Source: a bacterium (lineage in GTDB: Bacteria > UBA8248 > JACPRG01 > G963555815). Taken from it: a DNA stretch of 64,000 bases. The notes under the pieces are model-generated. The model was not told the DNA's origin. It was given only the letters and a program-made list of their open reading frames with translations, and ran no database searches. Below are positions 50,508 through 60,359 of the stretch, in pieces. The DNA is taken from NCBI GenBank assembly GCA_965218795.1, contig OZ244653.1, forward strand, positions 2,336,001-2,400,000, written 5' to 3'. The translations under genes and the position numbers were made by a program. Every line of letters begins with the position of its first letter. Within the stretch, counting starts at the first letter, position 1.

Positions 50508-51545
50508 TCATTTCACCATGATTTTGGGGAGGAACTCCGTCGTGTAGAGGTCGCTCACCGCGGGTTTCTTCTTGACCTTGTAAGCGTCCGCGATGGTGTC
50601 CCGCGTGAAGGCCACCTTTTTGTCGGACATGTAGCCGAGCCCGTGCTTTTTCGCCGCCGGAGTCACCAGATGGTCGATGGCGATCCGCCAGTGCGCCTTC
50701 GCGGTATCCCGGTTCAGAACGGGAACCTCCTTGAGGATGAACTCCGTGGCCTCTTCGGGGTTCTCAATCGCCCAGGCCAGGCCCTTGTACATCCCCCGCA
50801 TGTAGCGCCGAACCTGATCGGGATTGTTCTTGAGCTTCTCATCCGTCGTGGTCGTACTGTTGGAGTAGATGTCCACGCCGTGATCCGCGAACCGGAAGAT
50901 GAGGAGTTCCTTCCCCGCCTGCCTGGCCGCCTTTTTCTGACTCGGCTCGTTCGTGGCGTAGGCCCCCCAGCCGTCCACCGTCCCGGCCAGGCCGGAGGAT
51001 CCGAGGGCGCCGGGGCTCATGAATTGCCACGTGACTTTCTCGGGATCCAGGCCGTTCTTCCTCGCGAAGGCGGGGAACACCTTGTGGGTCGAGCTGAAAG
51101 AGGCGTCGGCCAGCGTCTTGCCGGCGAAGTCCTTGATGGCGTTGATCCCGCGGCCCTTGACGGTGACCACGGTCATCGGCGTTTTGGCGTGGAAGGCGCC
51201 GATCATCTTCACCTGGATTCCACGGGAACGGGAGATGGTCACAACACCGGCGTCGGGCGTCCCGAAGTCGGCCTCCCCGGCCTTGAGCCGCTTGACGGTC
51301 TCGGACGAACCCTTCCCGCGCACGATCACCAAATCGATACCTTCCGCCTTGAGAAAACCCTTGGCCTTGGCGGCGTAGAACCCGGCGTCCCGGCCGTAGG
51401 CGACCCAGTCCAGGGTATGGACCACCTTTTCCGCCTGCGACGGCATCGGCGTGCCGAAGACGGCAAACAATCCCAGCGCCAAGGCCGTGGATACGGCGAG
51501 AATTCTCGTTCGTCCGAAATGAGTCCTTGTCTTTGCTTGGAACAT
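50508..51545 (-). CDS. ABC transporter substrate-binding protein, NMT1/THI5 family
   Basis: Signal peptide, TLDW, KGFLKAEGIDLVIVRGKGS, LYTTEFL. Confidence 0.87.
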   Translation of the reverse strand: MFQAKTRTHFGRTRILAVSTALALGLFAVFGTPMPSQAEKVVHTLDWVAYGRDAGFYAAKAKGFLKAEGIDLVIVRGKGSSETVKRLKAGEADFGTPDAGVVTISRSRGIQVKMIGAFHAKTPMTVVTVKGRGINAIKDFAGKTLADASFSSTHKVFPAFARKNGLDPEKVTWQFMSPGALGSSGLAGTVDGWGAYATNEPSQKKAARQAGKELLIFRFADHGVDIYSNSTTTTDEKLKNNPDQVRRYMRGMYKGLAWAIENPEEATEFILKEVPVLNRDTAKAHWRIAIDHLVTPAAKKHGLGYMSDKKVAFTRDTIADAYKVKKKPAVSDLYTTEFLPKIMVK

Positions 51546-51695
51546 CTCTCCTCCCTCCATCAAAAGGGTCGGCACAGAAAACGACAACAGTGAAGAACGA
51601 CAACATACACTAAACATGAAACGGCCGAAAATTCCAATCCGGCGCTCTCGCAATCTCTCCCGGTTCTCGATTTTTCGGAAAATGAAATTCCCGTC

Positions 51696-52343
51696 TCACA
51701 AATTTGCAGGAAAACGGGTGTTCTCATCCGTGGTTGCAGACTCAATCCGCTCCCGGGTGAGTCCGCGGACTCCTGTGAGATTCGTCAGCTGAAGGCATGC
51801 CCCCTGAAGGTCCGCCCCCTGAAGGTTGGCCTCCTCGAGATTGGCTCCTTCGAGGTGAGTTCCCGCCAGGACCGCTCCTTCCAGGTCGGCTTTTCGAAGA
51901 TCCGCCATTTGGAGGTGAGCCTCCCCGAGGTTGGCTCCCCGGAGAATGGCCCCGTTCAAGTTGTTGCGCAAAAGGGCGGCATTCTTGAGGTTGGCATCCT
52001 GAAAGTCCGTATGGTCGAGGGTGGCCTGCCAAAAATTCGCCTCTTCCAGATTGGCCCCGCGGAGGATTCCTCGGCTGAGATCGGAACCGCGAAAATTGGC
52101 CCGGCGGAGATCGGCGCCGGCAAGGTCGACTCCCCGGAGGTCCAGCCCCTGGAGGTCGGCCGGTTGTCCTTCCGTTCCCCCCGATTCCATGTGCTTCCGG
52201 TGAGCCGCCAGAATTTCCTCCAACTGTTCCCGGGGCATCTCCCGCAATGAAGATTGGCTTGGCCTTTCATGCTCAGAATGGCTTTCTGCATTCAATCGGA
52301 ACGCCTCCCTTCGAATCCGGAATGCCGAGTCGCGCTCATTCAA
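51696..52343 (-). CDS. Pentapeptide repeat protein
   Basis: Many A(D/N)Lxx repeats after LEEILAAHRK. Confidence 0.9.
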   Translation of the reverse strand: MNERDSAFRIRREAFRLNAESHSEHERPSQSSLREMPREQLEEILAAHRKHMESGGTEGQPADLQGLDLRGVDLAGADLRRANFRGSDLSRGILRGANLEEANFWQATLDHTDFQDANLKNAALLRNNLNGAILRGANLGEAHLQMADLRKADLEGAVLAGTHLEGANLEEANLQGADLQGACLQLTNLTGVRGLTRERIESATTDENTRFPANL

Positions 52344-52506
52344 TGATGTATACTAACCCGTAATCCAATTGACTTCTGACCTCATATGGAAGCTTTTGGC
52401 GAGAGACAACCCCTGCGCCCCTGCCAACGTCCGACTTGGGGTTTGCATCCCACTGAAGCGCATGGCTGTCCGTGTGCCCCGAAACTCCGGAAGGAAATCT
52501 CATTTC

Positions 52507-53823
52507 ATGCGGTTGCAAGAAGCCCTGGAAAGAGCACTGGCTGAACCGACAGGTCCTGTGGAAAGCGATCCATCGAATGATCAACTGAACGGAATCCTGG
52601 AGGCCGCGCGGTTGTCTCCCTCCGCCTACAACATGCAGCCCTGGCATCTTCGAATCCTTCGAACCCCGGCTGAACGGGAGGAGGCGGCCCGGGCCTTCTC
52701 CATCCCAAGTGACCCCAACGATGCGCAAGCCTGGCTCCTCTGCCTGATGGATCGGGATCGTATGCTTCCCGTCGCCGATCCGTTGGGGACGGAAACGTAT
52801 ATCGCGCTGGGGGCCCTTTGTCTCAATGTGAAGCTCGCCTCTGCCGCGCTCGGCCTCGCGTGCCGCCTCTTCAGCTCATCCGAATTCAAGATGACTCCTT
52901 GGCAGCCGGAATCGTTTTCCTTCCCTCCCAACCTGGAGCCCTACTTTGTATTCAGTATCGGAAAGGTGAAGGATGCGAACTTTGCACCTGAACCCGTTCC
53001 GGCCGTCTATCGACTGGATTCCTTTGGCTCCGGTCCGCATCACGCTCAACCCGTCCGCGAGACCGAAGCCTCCATGGACGCGCTCCAATGTGTGCGTCTT
53101 CGGCGGGTCGATCGGGACGCATTCCGGCGTGGAGACTCTTGGCCGGAGGATTGTGTCCGGATTCTGTCGTCCGGAAGAGGGGCCCTCGAAGCCCACGGCG
53201 CAGGAAAGGTGGAGTTATTGCTCGTCGAAGGCGACCGGGCGGCATTGGACCTGACCCGCCTCCAGAGCCGGGCATGGCGGAAAGCGATGACGAATCGAAA
53301 AAGGCTCGCTGAGATCAACGACTGGCTTCGATTCAGCATGCGCAAGTGGAAAAGGCGGGGAGATGGTGAGCTGGTCCATCATTTCGGGCTGGGTCCGCTG
53401 AAAAGGCTCATGGCCCGAATCGGACTCGGCACGGGCCTTGCCCCTTTGGGGCTCCGGTTCGGGGCGGGACACCTCTTTCTGAACGAGGTTCAGGCCTCGC
53501 CCGACACGACCGGCGCCTTCCTGGCGACGGTTCTGGAAGATCCCACAGGCCGGTTTCAAAGCGATGATCTGTACCGCCGGCAGATATTGACGGGCGTCGG
53601 GTCTTGCCTGGAGGCCATATGGCTGAGCGCGACAGCCCTGGGAGCCAGCCTGCAATTCCAGACATCCACCATCGTGGTGGAAGATATCCGGGCCGAGGTT
53701 CGAAAGGTCTTGGAAGTGCCGGACACCCACGACGTGCTCTCGCTGATCCGCATGGGGTATCCCGCCCGTGACACGTATTACACGAGCGTTCGACGGGACT
53801 TGAAGGATGTTGCGAACCCCTAA
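52507..53823 (+). CDS. Tandem-domain nitroreductase-family flavoprotein
   Basis: ILEAARLSPSAYNMQPW, LAS.ALGL; second domain RRVDR, IWLSATALG, IRMGYP. Confidence 0.72.
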   Translation: MRLQEALERALAEPTGPVESDPSNDQLNGILEAARLSPSAYNMQPWHLRILRTPAEREEAARAFSIPSDPNDAQAWLLCLMDRDRMLPVADPLGTETYIALGALCLNVKLASAALGLACRLFSSSEFKMTPWQPESFSFPPNLEPYFVFSIGKVKDANFAPEPVPAVYRLDSFGSGPHHAQPVRETEASMDALQCVRLRRVDRDAFRRGDSWPEDCVRILSSGRGALEAHGAGKVELLLVEGDRAALDLTRLQSRAWRKAMTNRKRLAEINDWLRFSMRKWKRRGDGELVHHFGLGPLKRLMARIGLGTGLAPLGLRFGAGHLFLNEVQASPDTTGAFLATVLEDPTGRFQSDDLYRRQILTGVGSCLEAIWLSATALGASLQFQTSTIVVEDIRAEVRKVLEVPDTHDVLSLIRMGYPARDTYYTSVRRDLKDVANP

Positions 53824-54044
53824 AAGAATGATGTAAACTGTGATTCAATGAGCGTGAACGCTCTCCGACCCTGCGATTCGAATTCAAGTTTCGCATAATC
53901 CGCTGAATGTTTGAGCTTCCGGTGAATGTTTGAGCTTCCGGGGGGGGGGCGGGGACGGATCTCGAAAGGATGTTTCAGGAGAGGTGAAGGCAAACGTTTA
54001 ATGAACCGGGGCGTCGAATCACAGTCAAACTGGTTTACGTAGGG

Positions 54045-54317
54045 ATGATCCGTCGGCTGATCGGTCGCCGGGAAGAGGAGCTGGAGGTCCCGGCGGGTAT
54101 TACGCTAGGGGGCTTTCTGGAGAGATTGATCGCGTTGAATGGTCCCGAGTTTCGCGGGCATCTCCTTACGGAGCAGGGAGAGATGATGCCGACGGCCAAT
54201 CTCATGGTGGATGGTCTGAACCCGATGAGCCGCGGCGGCCTGGACATGCGTCTTTGCGAACAGGGCGAGACGCAGATCGAGATTGTGGTCTTGGGACCTC
54301 CACCCATGGGCGGCTAG
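54045..54317 (+). CDS. MoaD/ThiS-family ubiquitin-like sulfur carrier (frame stays open upstream to about 53990 without a start codon)
   Basis: C-terminal PPMGG; ITVKLVYVG upstream in the same frame; next to the Mo-enzyme genes. Confidence 0.78.
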   Translation: MIRRLIGRREEELEVPAGITLGGFLERLIALNGPEFRGHLLTEQGEMMPTANLMVDGLNPMSRGGLDMRLCEQGETQIEIVVLGPPPMGG

Positions 54318-54402
54318 GTCCATGGCGAGGGGGGATGGCGCTTGCCCCTGAAGGCGCCATGGGTCCTCGCTGGAACAGTAGAAAAACGGAAAGGGAAGGG
54401 TA

Positions 54403-56988
54403 ATGGCAGCCTACCGAGTGGGAGCCCCGCCCGTCACTCCGGGTGAGGATATCTGGATCCCGTCCGTATGTGACATGTGTTACAACGCCTGCACGATCCG
54501 TGTGCGGCGGAAGGACGGGGTGGTGACCAAGGTCGAGGGCATTCCCGAGGCGGGCCCCAACTACGGGAAGATCTGCGCCAAGGGCAATGCCGCGCCCATG
54601 AACCTTTACAACCCCAACCGGATTCTCTTTCCGATGCGGCGCACCAACCCGGACAAGGGGTTCGGGGTCGACCCGGGCTGGGAAAGGATCAGCTGGGGCG
54701 AGGCCCTGGATATCATCTGCGAAAAACTGAAAAAGATTCACGAGGAAGACCCCCGGGGCCTTTACGGGGCCACATTCGACGGTCACGCCCAGCCTTTCTT
54801 TCTGGCCTTCATGAGTGGCTTTGGAAGCCCCAATGATTCGGCGCCCTCGGCTTCTTTTTATTGCGGGAACGGCGTGCACCCGGTGTCTTACGCGGTGACG
54901 GGGTCCAACGACGTCCACCCGGACTTGACCCAATGCAAATACATGATTCAGTTCGGGACGTATTATGGTTTTGTCGCCCAGATCAACGCCATGGGGATCG
55001 CCCAGGAGATGTCGGACGCCAGGGGCCGCCGCGGGATGAAAATGGTCGTGGTGGACCCGATGCTCTCTTATCCGGCCTCCCAGGCCGAGGAGTGGGTGCC
55101 GATATTGCCCGGCACCGATGCGGCCCTGGCGCTGGCTATGATGTACGTCCTGATCCACGAGCTGGGAATTTACGATGCGGAATATCTGAAGAAATACACC
55201 AACCTGATTTACCTGGTTGGGCCTGACGGCCGCTACATCCGGGATTCCGGCAACAGCAAGCCCCTGGTGTGGGACGGCGACGCGGCGTCGGCGCGGCCTT
55301 ACGACGAGGCGGATTCCATGCGGTGCGCGCTGGAGGGCGAGTACGAGGTCGACGGTACGAAGGTTCGGCCGGGCTTTCAGGTGTTCAAGGAGCACGTGCT
55401 CCAATACACGCCGGAGATGGTGGAGGGAATCACGACCGTTCCAGCGGCGACCACAAGGCGGCTGGCCAAGGACTTCGGTGAGAACGCGCAAATCGGCTCC
55501 ACCATCGAGATTGACGGGGAGGTTCTCCCCCACCGTCCGGTGGTGGCGACGTGGTACCGGGGGGTATCGGCCCACAAGCACGGGATGCTGAATGGAATGA
55601 CGATCGCCCTCCTGAATGTGCTGGTGGGGGCCGTGGATGTCCCCGGAGGTCTGCTGAACGGAGCGGCGGCGGGGCCGTTCTGGTTCCCGGAAGAGGGTGT
55701 GGACGGGCTCATTCGCACGACCAATCCGTTCACCCGGCACATGAAGCCCATTGTGCCGCCGGCCAAGGTGAAGGATCCGGAAACGCTGGAACTCGTCGAG
55801 CTCTTTCCGCTGGCGGTCTACGCGCGCGTGATGATGTTCCTGGGGGTCCTGGACCGGGAAAGGTACGGCGTTCCTTATGAACCGAAGATGATGATCCAGT
55901 GCCGGACGAACATCCTGTCCACGGCGGCGGACCCCGGGCTGATGGCCGAGGCGGTCAAGCGGATTCCGTTTTTCGTGTCCTTCTCGGACCACCACAACGA
56001 GACCTCGGAGTTCGCGGACATCCTCCTGCCCGATTCCCACTTTCTGGAACGCCTCACGCCCTTTGCCCATAACCCCTTCATGCAGTACCGTCATGTGCCG
56101 TCGCCCGGAGAGGGGTGGACGTTCAACTTTCAGCAGCCGGTGGTGGAGCCCGCGGGCGAGGCGCGCTATTGGGTCGAGGTGCTCTGGGAGATCGCGGAAC
56201 GAATGGGCATTCGGGGGGATGTCTATTCGGCTTTCAACGCCATCGTCCAGCTGGAGGAGCCGCATCGGCTGGACCCGAACCGGACCTATACGTGGGAGGA
56301 AGTCGCCGATATCTGGGCGAAGGCCCGATGCGGCGAGGAGCGCGACCTGGAGTATTTCCAGGAGCACGGGTACGCGGATCTTTACCGGCGAACGGTCCGG
56401 GAGAGCTACCCGCGCATCTTCCACAAGGGACGGATTCCCTTCTACCTCGAATACTTCATCGAAGCCGGGGAAGACGTGAAGCAGTTCACGCAGTCCCGGG
56501 GGATCGAGTGGGACACCTCGGACTACGTCCCGCTGATTCAGTGGCGTCCGTGCCCGGCGTACGAACACGACCATCCGGAATACGACCTGTTCGTGGTGAA
56601 TCACAAAGTGGCGTTTTTGACCTTCACCTTCACGGCGGAAAATCCCTGGCTGATGGATATTGCGGAGCGCAATTCCAAGATCTTCAACGTAGGGGTGCAT
56701 CCCGAGACGGCCCGGCGGAAGGGGCTGCGGGAGGGTCAGCGGGTGGTTCTGGAAACCGAATCGGGGCGGCGGCAGGAGGCATTGCTCCGTGTGACCGAAG
56801 GGGTTCATCCCCAGGTCCTATCCGTCCCCGGAATCCTGGGACGATGGGTTACCGGAAACCCTCAATCCCTCGGCAAGGGCGTGCACTTCAACAGTCTGAT
56901 CAAGTACTCCTTCGATCAGATTGATACGGTCTCGGCGGCGTTGGATTCCTGCGTCAAGGTGAGACTGGTTCCCGCCGAGTCAACCTGA
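54403..56988 (+). CDS. Molybdopterin (bis-MGD) oxidoreductase catalytic subunit, no Tat signal; PadB-like
   Basis: CDMCYNAC..C FS0 cluster, PMRRTNP.KG..DPGW..ISW, VVDP, PGTDAALAL, FADILLP..FLE, C-terminal molydop-binding domain. Confidence 0.9.
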   Translation: MAAYRVGAPPVTPGEDIWIPSVCDMCYNACTIRVRRKDGVVTKVEGIPEAGPNYGKICAKGNAAPMNLYNPNRILFPMRRTNPDKGFGVDPGWERISWGEALDIICEKLKKIHEEDPRGLYGATFDGHAQPFFLAFMSGFGSPNDSAPSASFYCGNGVHPVSYAVTGSNDVHPDLTQCKYMIQFGTYYGFVAQINAMGIAQEMSDARGRRGMKMVVVDPMLSYPASQAEEWVPILPGTDAALALAMMYVLIHELGIYDAEYLKKYTNLIYLVGPDGRYIRDSGNSKPLVWDGDAASARPYDEADSMRCALEGEYEVDGTKVRPGFQVFKEHVLQYTPEMVEGITTVPAATTRRLAKDFGENAQIGSTIEIDGEVLPHRPVVATWYRGVSAHKHGMLNGMTIALLNVLVGAVDVPGGLLNGAAAGPFWFPEEGVDGLIRTTNPFTRHMKPIVPPAKVKDPETLELVELFPLAVYARVMMFLGVLDRERYGVPYEPKMMIQCRTNILSTAADPGLMAEAVKRIPFFVSFSDHHNETSEFADILLPDSHFLERLTPFAHNPFMQYRHVPSPGEGWTFNFQQPVVEPAGEARYWVEVLWEIAERMGIRGDVYSAFNAIVQLEEPHRLDPNRTYTWEEVADIWAKARCGEERDLEYFQEHGYADLYRRTVRESYPRIFHKGRIPFYLEYFIEAGEDVKQFTQSRGIEWDTSDYVPLIQWRPCPAYEHDHPEYDLFVVNHKVAFLTFTFTAENPWLMDIAERNSKIFNVGVHPETARRKGLREGQRVVLETESGRRQEALLRVTEGVHPQVLSVPGILGRWVTGNPQSLGKGVHFNSLIKYSFDQIDTVSAALDSCVKVRLVPAEST

Positions 56989-57018
56989 TCGGAGGTCCGC
57001 GGGGGGAGGGAGGATACG

Positions 57019-57624
57019 ATGCCGCGATGGGGAATGGTGATTGATCTTTCGCTTTGCGTGGGTTGCTACGCCTGCACGATGGCCTGCAAAGCGGAAAACG
57101 GGACCCCGCCCGGAATCTGGTACGCACCGGTCTATGAGAAGGAGGTGGGGCGCTTTCCCAATGTCAAGCGCCTGTTCATTCCCACCCTTTGCAATCACTG
57201 TGAAGACGCCCCCTGCCTGAAGGCATGCCCGACGGGCGCTGTCTTCAAGCGGGAAGACGGGATCGTCATGGTGAACGAGGAGGTCTGTTGCGGAAGCCGC
57301 GCCTGCGTGGAGGCCTGCCCCTACGGCGCCATGCACTTCTATGAGGAAGAGAAGGGCGAGTTTGGCGACGAGCTGACGCCTCTGGAAAAACTGAACTTCG
57401 CTCAGTGGGATCCCGGAACGGTTCAGAAATGCACCTTTTGCGCGCACCGCATCGACGAAGGGCGTTACGAGCCGGCGTGCGTCGAGACCTGCCCGGCGAA
57501 GTGCCGGTTCTTCGGGGATCTGGACGATCCCCACAGCGAGGTCTCTAATCTTGTCCGAAACGGAAATGCCCAGCAGCCGCGCGAGGAATACGGCACCAAA
57601 CCCTCGGTCTCCTATTTGCGCTGA
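57019..57624 (+). CDS. 4Fe-4S dicluster electron-transfer subunit (NrfC/DmsB/PadC-like)
   Basis: CVGCYACTMAC, CNHCEDAPC..ACP, CCGSRACVEACP, KCTFC..PACVETCP. Confidence 0.95.
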   Translation: MPRWGMVIDLSLCVGCYACTMACKAENGTPPGIWYAPVYEKEVGRFPNVKRLFIPTLCNHCEDAPCLKACPTGAVFKREDGIVMVNEEVCCGSRACVEACPYGAMHFYEEEKGEFGDELTPLEKLNFAQWDPGTVQKCTFCAHRIDEGRYEPACVETCPAKCRFFGDLDDPHSEVSNLVRNGNAQQPREEYGTKPSVSYLR

Positions 57625-57651
57625 GAAACACCCGGGCGAGGGACACGAACG

Positions 57652-58587
57652 TTGAGTGCCGTCAATCCCTTTACCGTACGATTCGTGATGGAGCCCAAAC
57701 CTCAAACGGCTTGGGGTTTCAATCACGCCGTCTGGTTCTACGCCATGGGCGTAGGCGGGGCGCTTTATCTGCTTCGCGTTGCCTTCGGCGTCGAAATCGG
57801 AACGATTTTCGGGCTGAGTCTCGCCCACGTCCTCGGTCAGTCGTTCATCGGCATCGGCGGTCTGATCCTCATCGCGGATTTGGGGAAACCCCTCAGGTTC
57901 TGGCGCGCTATGATGAATCCGAGGACCTCCTGGATCTCTGTGGGCGCAATATGCGACTTTGTCTTTCTAGCCGTTGACGGTCTCTACATCCTGCCGGATC
58001 TCGATGTGGGAGGCGCCAGGCCCTTTGCGTGGATGCCGTGGGCCGACGTCTTTTGGGCGTCGGTGGTGATGCAGGCGGTTGCCGGTGCGGCGGCCTTCGT
58101 TGTGATCGTCTACCCGGGGTTGGTGCTGGCTGGATGCCCGGGGGTCCCTCTTTGGACCACCATGCTGATTCCTTTGCAATACCTCGTCTATGCGGCGGCG
58201 AGCGCCCTGGGATGGGTCCTGCTGATCACCTCGGCCGGCGACGGTCTATTCCCGGCGGCTCCCGTTTGGTCAGTGGTGGAAGCGGCCCTGCTGGGGGGTT
58301 GCCTGCTTTTGATCGTCGGCCATCTGATGGAGGGGTGGAACCGGGGGGAAACCGCCCGTCTCTCGGTCCGGAGGCTGTTGCGGGGGAAGATCGCGCCCTG
58401 TTTTCTCCTGGGGTGCGTGGCCTTCGGAACGGTGGTCCCCCTGGCGATGAGTCTGGGCGCGTTCTCGACCGGTGATCCCGTGCTCCGCTCCTCGCTCCTC
58501 GTCCTCGCCGGTTTGTTGGTGCAGCTTGGGAATTTCTACTCCAAGTATTGCGTCATCAAGGCGGCGATGTTCGCCCCGACGCTTTAG
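57652..58587 (+). CDS. NrfD/PsrC-family membrane anchor subunit
   Basis: DLGKPLRFWR..NPRTSWIS; about 8 hydrophobic segments. Confidence 0.88.
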   Translation: MSAVNPFTVRFVMEPKPQTAWGFNHAVWFYAMGVGGALYLLRVAFGVEIGTIFGLSLAHVLGQSFIGIGGLILIADLGKPLRFWRAMMNPRTSWISVGAICDFVFLAVDGLYILPDLDVGGARPFAWMPWADVFWASVVMQAVAGAAAFVVIVYPGLVLAGCPGVPLWTTMLIPLQYLVYAAASALGWVLLITSAGDGLFPAAPVWSVVEAALLGGCLLLIVGHLMEGWNRGETARLSVRRLLRGKIAPCFLLGCVAFGTVVPLAMSLGAFSTGDPVLRSSLLVLAGLLVQLGNFYSKYCVIKAAMFAPTL

Positions 58588-58810
58588 AGCGGATGGCTCT
58601 CCAAAGAGCCGGGACCTCCTCACGCTGTTCTCTCCGCCGAATTCCGGAAGCGCCTGAATCACGCAATGGTGAAAAACGTCTTTCAAAACTTTCAGCCCCC
58701 AAGTATACTTTTCCGGATCCCTCCACACTTGGATACGGGACGACGACCGCTGCCGTAGTTTGTATGGCGGTCGGGAGAGCATGTTGTGCGCATAGAGGTT
58801 GAAATGAGCC

Positions 58811-60292
58811 ATGGCACAAGTTGATTTGGTGGTGAAAAACGGGAAGGTCGTTCTCTCTTCAGGGATCATCGAAGGCGGCGTCGCGATCGACAAGGAGAAA
58901 ATCGTGGCCGTCGGACATGGAAATGTCCTGCCCGAAGGCCACCAGGTCATCGACGCCGAAGGAAACCACATCCTGCCGGGGGTGATCGACCCCCACGCCC
59001 ATCCGGGCGGCAAATATGATCTCGGCGATGACTGGAAGACCGAATCCCCGGGCGCCGCGGCCGGCGGCATCACAACGATAGGCGCCCTGACCCGCGTTCC
59101 CCGGATGGGGCAGAAGCCCTTCAAGGAAATTCCCGGCCCGGAAGACGTCATCTCGTGGCTGGACGCGTTCGATCTGGGCAAGCAGGTCAGCGAAGAGAAC
59201 TCCCTGGTCGACTTTTTCTTCACCCCCACCTTCAACACCATGCAGCACGCCGAAGAGATTCCCCAGTACTATGAAAAGCTCGGCATCACGTCCTACAAGT
59301 ACCACGGGAACCTCAAGGTCCACGGAGACAATCCGGTCAGTCCTGCCTGGTCCGCCCGGATCGGCATCCCTCTTCCCTATGACGACAGCCTCGCCTACGT
59401 CATGTTCGAAGAGGCGGGAAAACTGGGGCCGCATACGCATGTCGCGGTCCACAACGAGAACGTCGAGGTCGGCAAGGTCTTTATGGAGCGCCTGAAGGCC
59501 GAGGGCCGAACGGATTCCGGCGCGTGGCCGGATCGCATCCCCCAATGGCTCGAGGCCGAGCACATCAGCCGATACAGCTACTTCGCAAAAGTCACCCACT
59601 CGACCCATTACGTCCTTCATTTGAGCACGGCCGCCGGGCTGGATGAGTGCATCCGCCAGAAAGAGGACGGGGTCAGCCTTTGGGTGGAGACCTGCCCGCA
59701 ATGGCTGCTCGTTTCCGCATATGAGGAGTTTCCGGGCGTTCTCACCAAGGTGAATCCACCCCTCCGGAACCCCGAGGTCCAGGAGCGGCTCTGGGAAGGA
59801 CTGTCCAATGGCGCCATCGAGATCATGGGGACGGACCATGTGGTCACCAGCCTCCATGAAAAGCTCGTCAAGGGTGATACCTCCGACCACAAAGGGGACC
59901 CGGCCAAGGACGTCTGGGAAACCGGCTCCGGAATGACGGGCTGGGACACGCTCCTCCCCCTCATGCTGAGCGAAGGCGTGAACAAGGGGCGGATCTCCTT
60001 GCAACGGCTGGTGCAGGTCTGCTGCGAGAATCCGGCCCGGGCCTGCTGCATCTACCCCAGGAAAGGCGTCATCGCGCCGGGCTCGGACGGGGACCTCGTG
60101 ATCGTCGACATGAACCTGAAGCGAACCATCAGGGCCGACATGCTCCGGTCCAAGGCCGACTTCACGGTTTTCGAGGGAATCGAGAACACGGGCTGGCCGG
60201 TCACGACGATCCTGCGGGGCGAGGTCATTTACGATCACGGCGTGGTCACGGAGCGGCAGGGCGGAGGGAAGTATCTGCACCGCCCCTGCTGA
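58811..60292 (+). CDS. Cyclic amidohydrolase (dihydropyrimidinase/allantoinase/dihydroorotase family)
   Basis: PGVIDPHAH, AAAGGITT, SYK, HNEN, HLST, ETCPQW, KVNPPLR, GTDH, GSDGD. Confidence 0.88.
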   Translation: MAQVDLVVKNGKVVLSSGIIEGGVAIDKEKIVAVGHGNVLPEGHQVIDAEGNHILPGVIDPHAHPGGKYDLGDDWKTESPGAAAGGITTIGALTRVPRMGQKPFKEIPGPEDVISWLDAFDLGKQVSEENSLVDFFFTPTFNTMQHAEEIPQYYEKLGITSYKYHGNLKVHGDNPVSPAWSARIGIPLPYDDSLAYVMFEEAGKLGPHTHVAVHNENVEVGKVFMERLKAEGRTDSGAWPDRIPQWLEAEHISRYSYFAKVTHSTHYVLHLSTAAGLDECIRQKEDGVSLWVETCPQWLLVSAYEEFPGVLTKVNPPLRNPEVQERLWEGLSNGAIEIMGTDHVVTSLHEKLVKGDTSDHKGDPAKDVWETGSGMTGWDTLLPLMLSEGVNKGRISLQRLVQVCCENPARACCIYPRKGVIAPGSDGDLVIVDMNLKRTIRADMLRSKADFTVFEGIENTGWPVTTILRGEVIYDHGVVTERQGGGKYLHRPC

Positions 60293-60359
60293 TTCATCCG
60301 GCTGGGCCGGCCCTCCTTGAGACGGGAAGGGTGAAAAGCCAATCGCGGGAGCAGGGGAC

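Noticed and set aside
52507-54317. Nitroreductase + ubiquitin-like protein as RiPP maturation or a Bil/CBASS-type conjugation system
   Set aside because: No YcaO, E1/E2 or JAB genes are present; a MoaD-like gene next to a Mo-enzyme is the simpler reading.
54202-56808. 868-aa ORF antisense to the Mo-enzyme, and similar long antisense ORFs (377-1435, 17231-18781, 40274-41539, 58859-60361, 60294-61796)
   Set aside because: Shadow ORFs expected opposite real genes in GC-rich DNA; they show no recognisable motifs.
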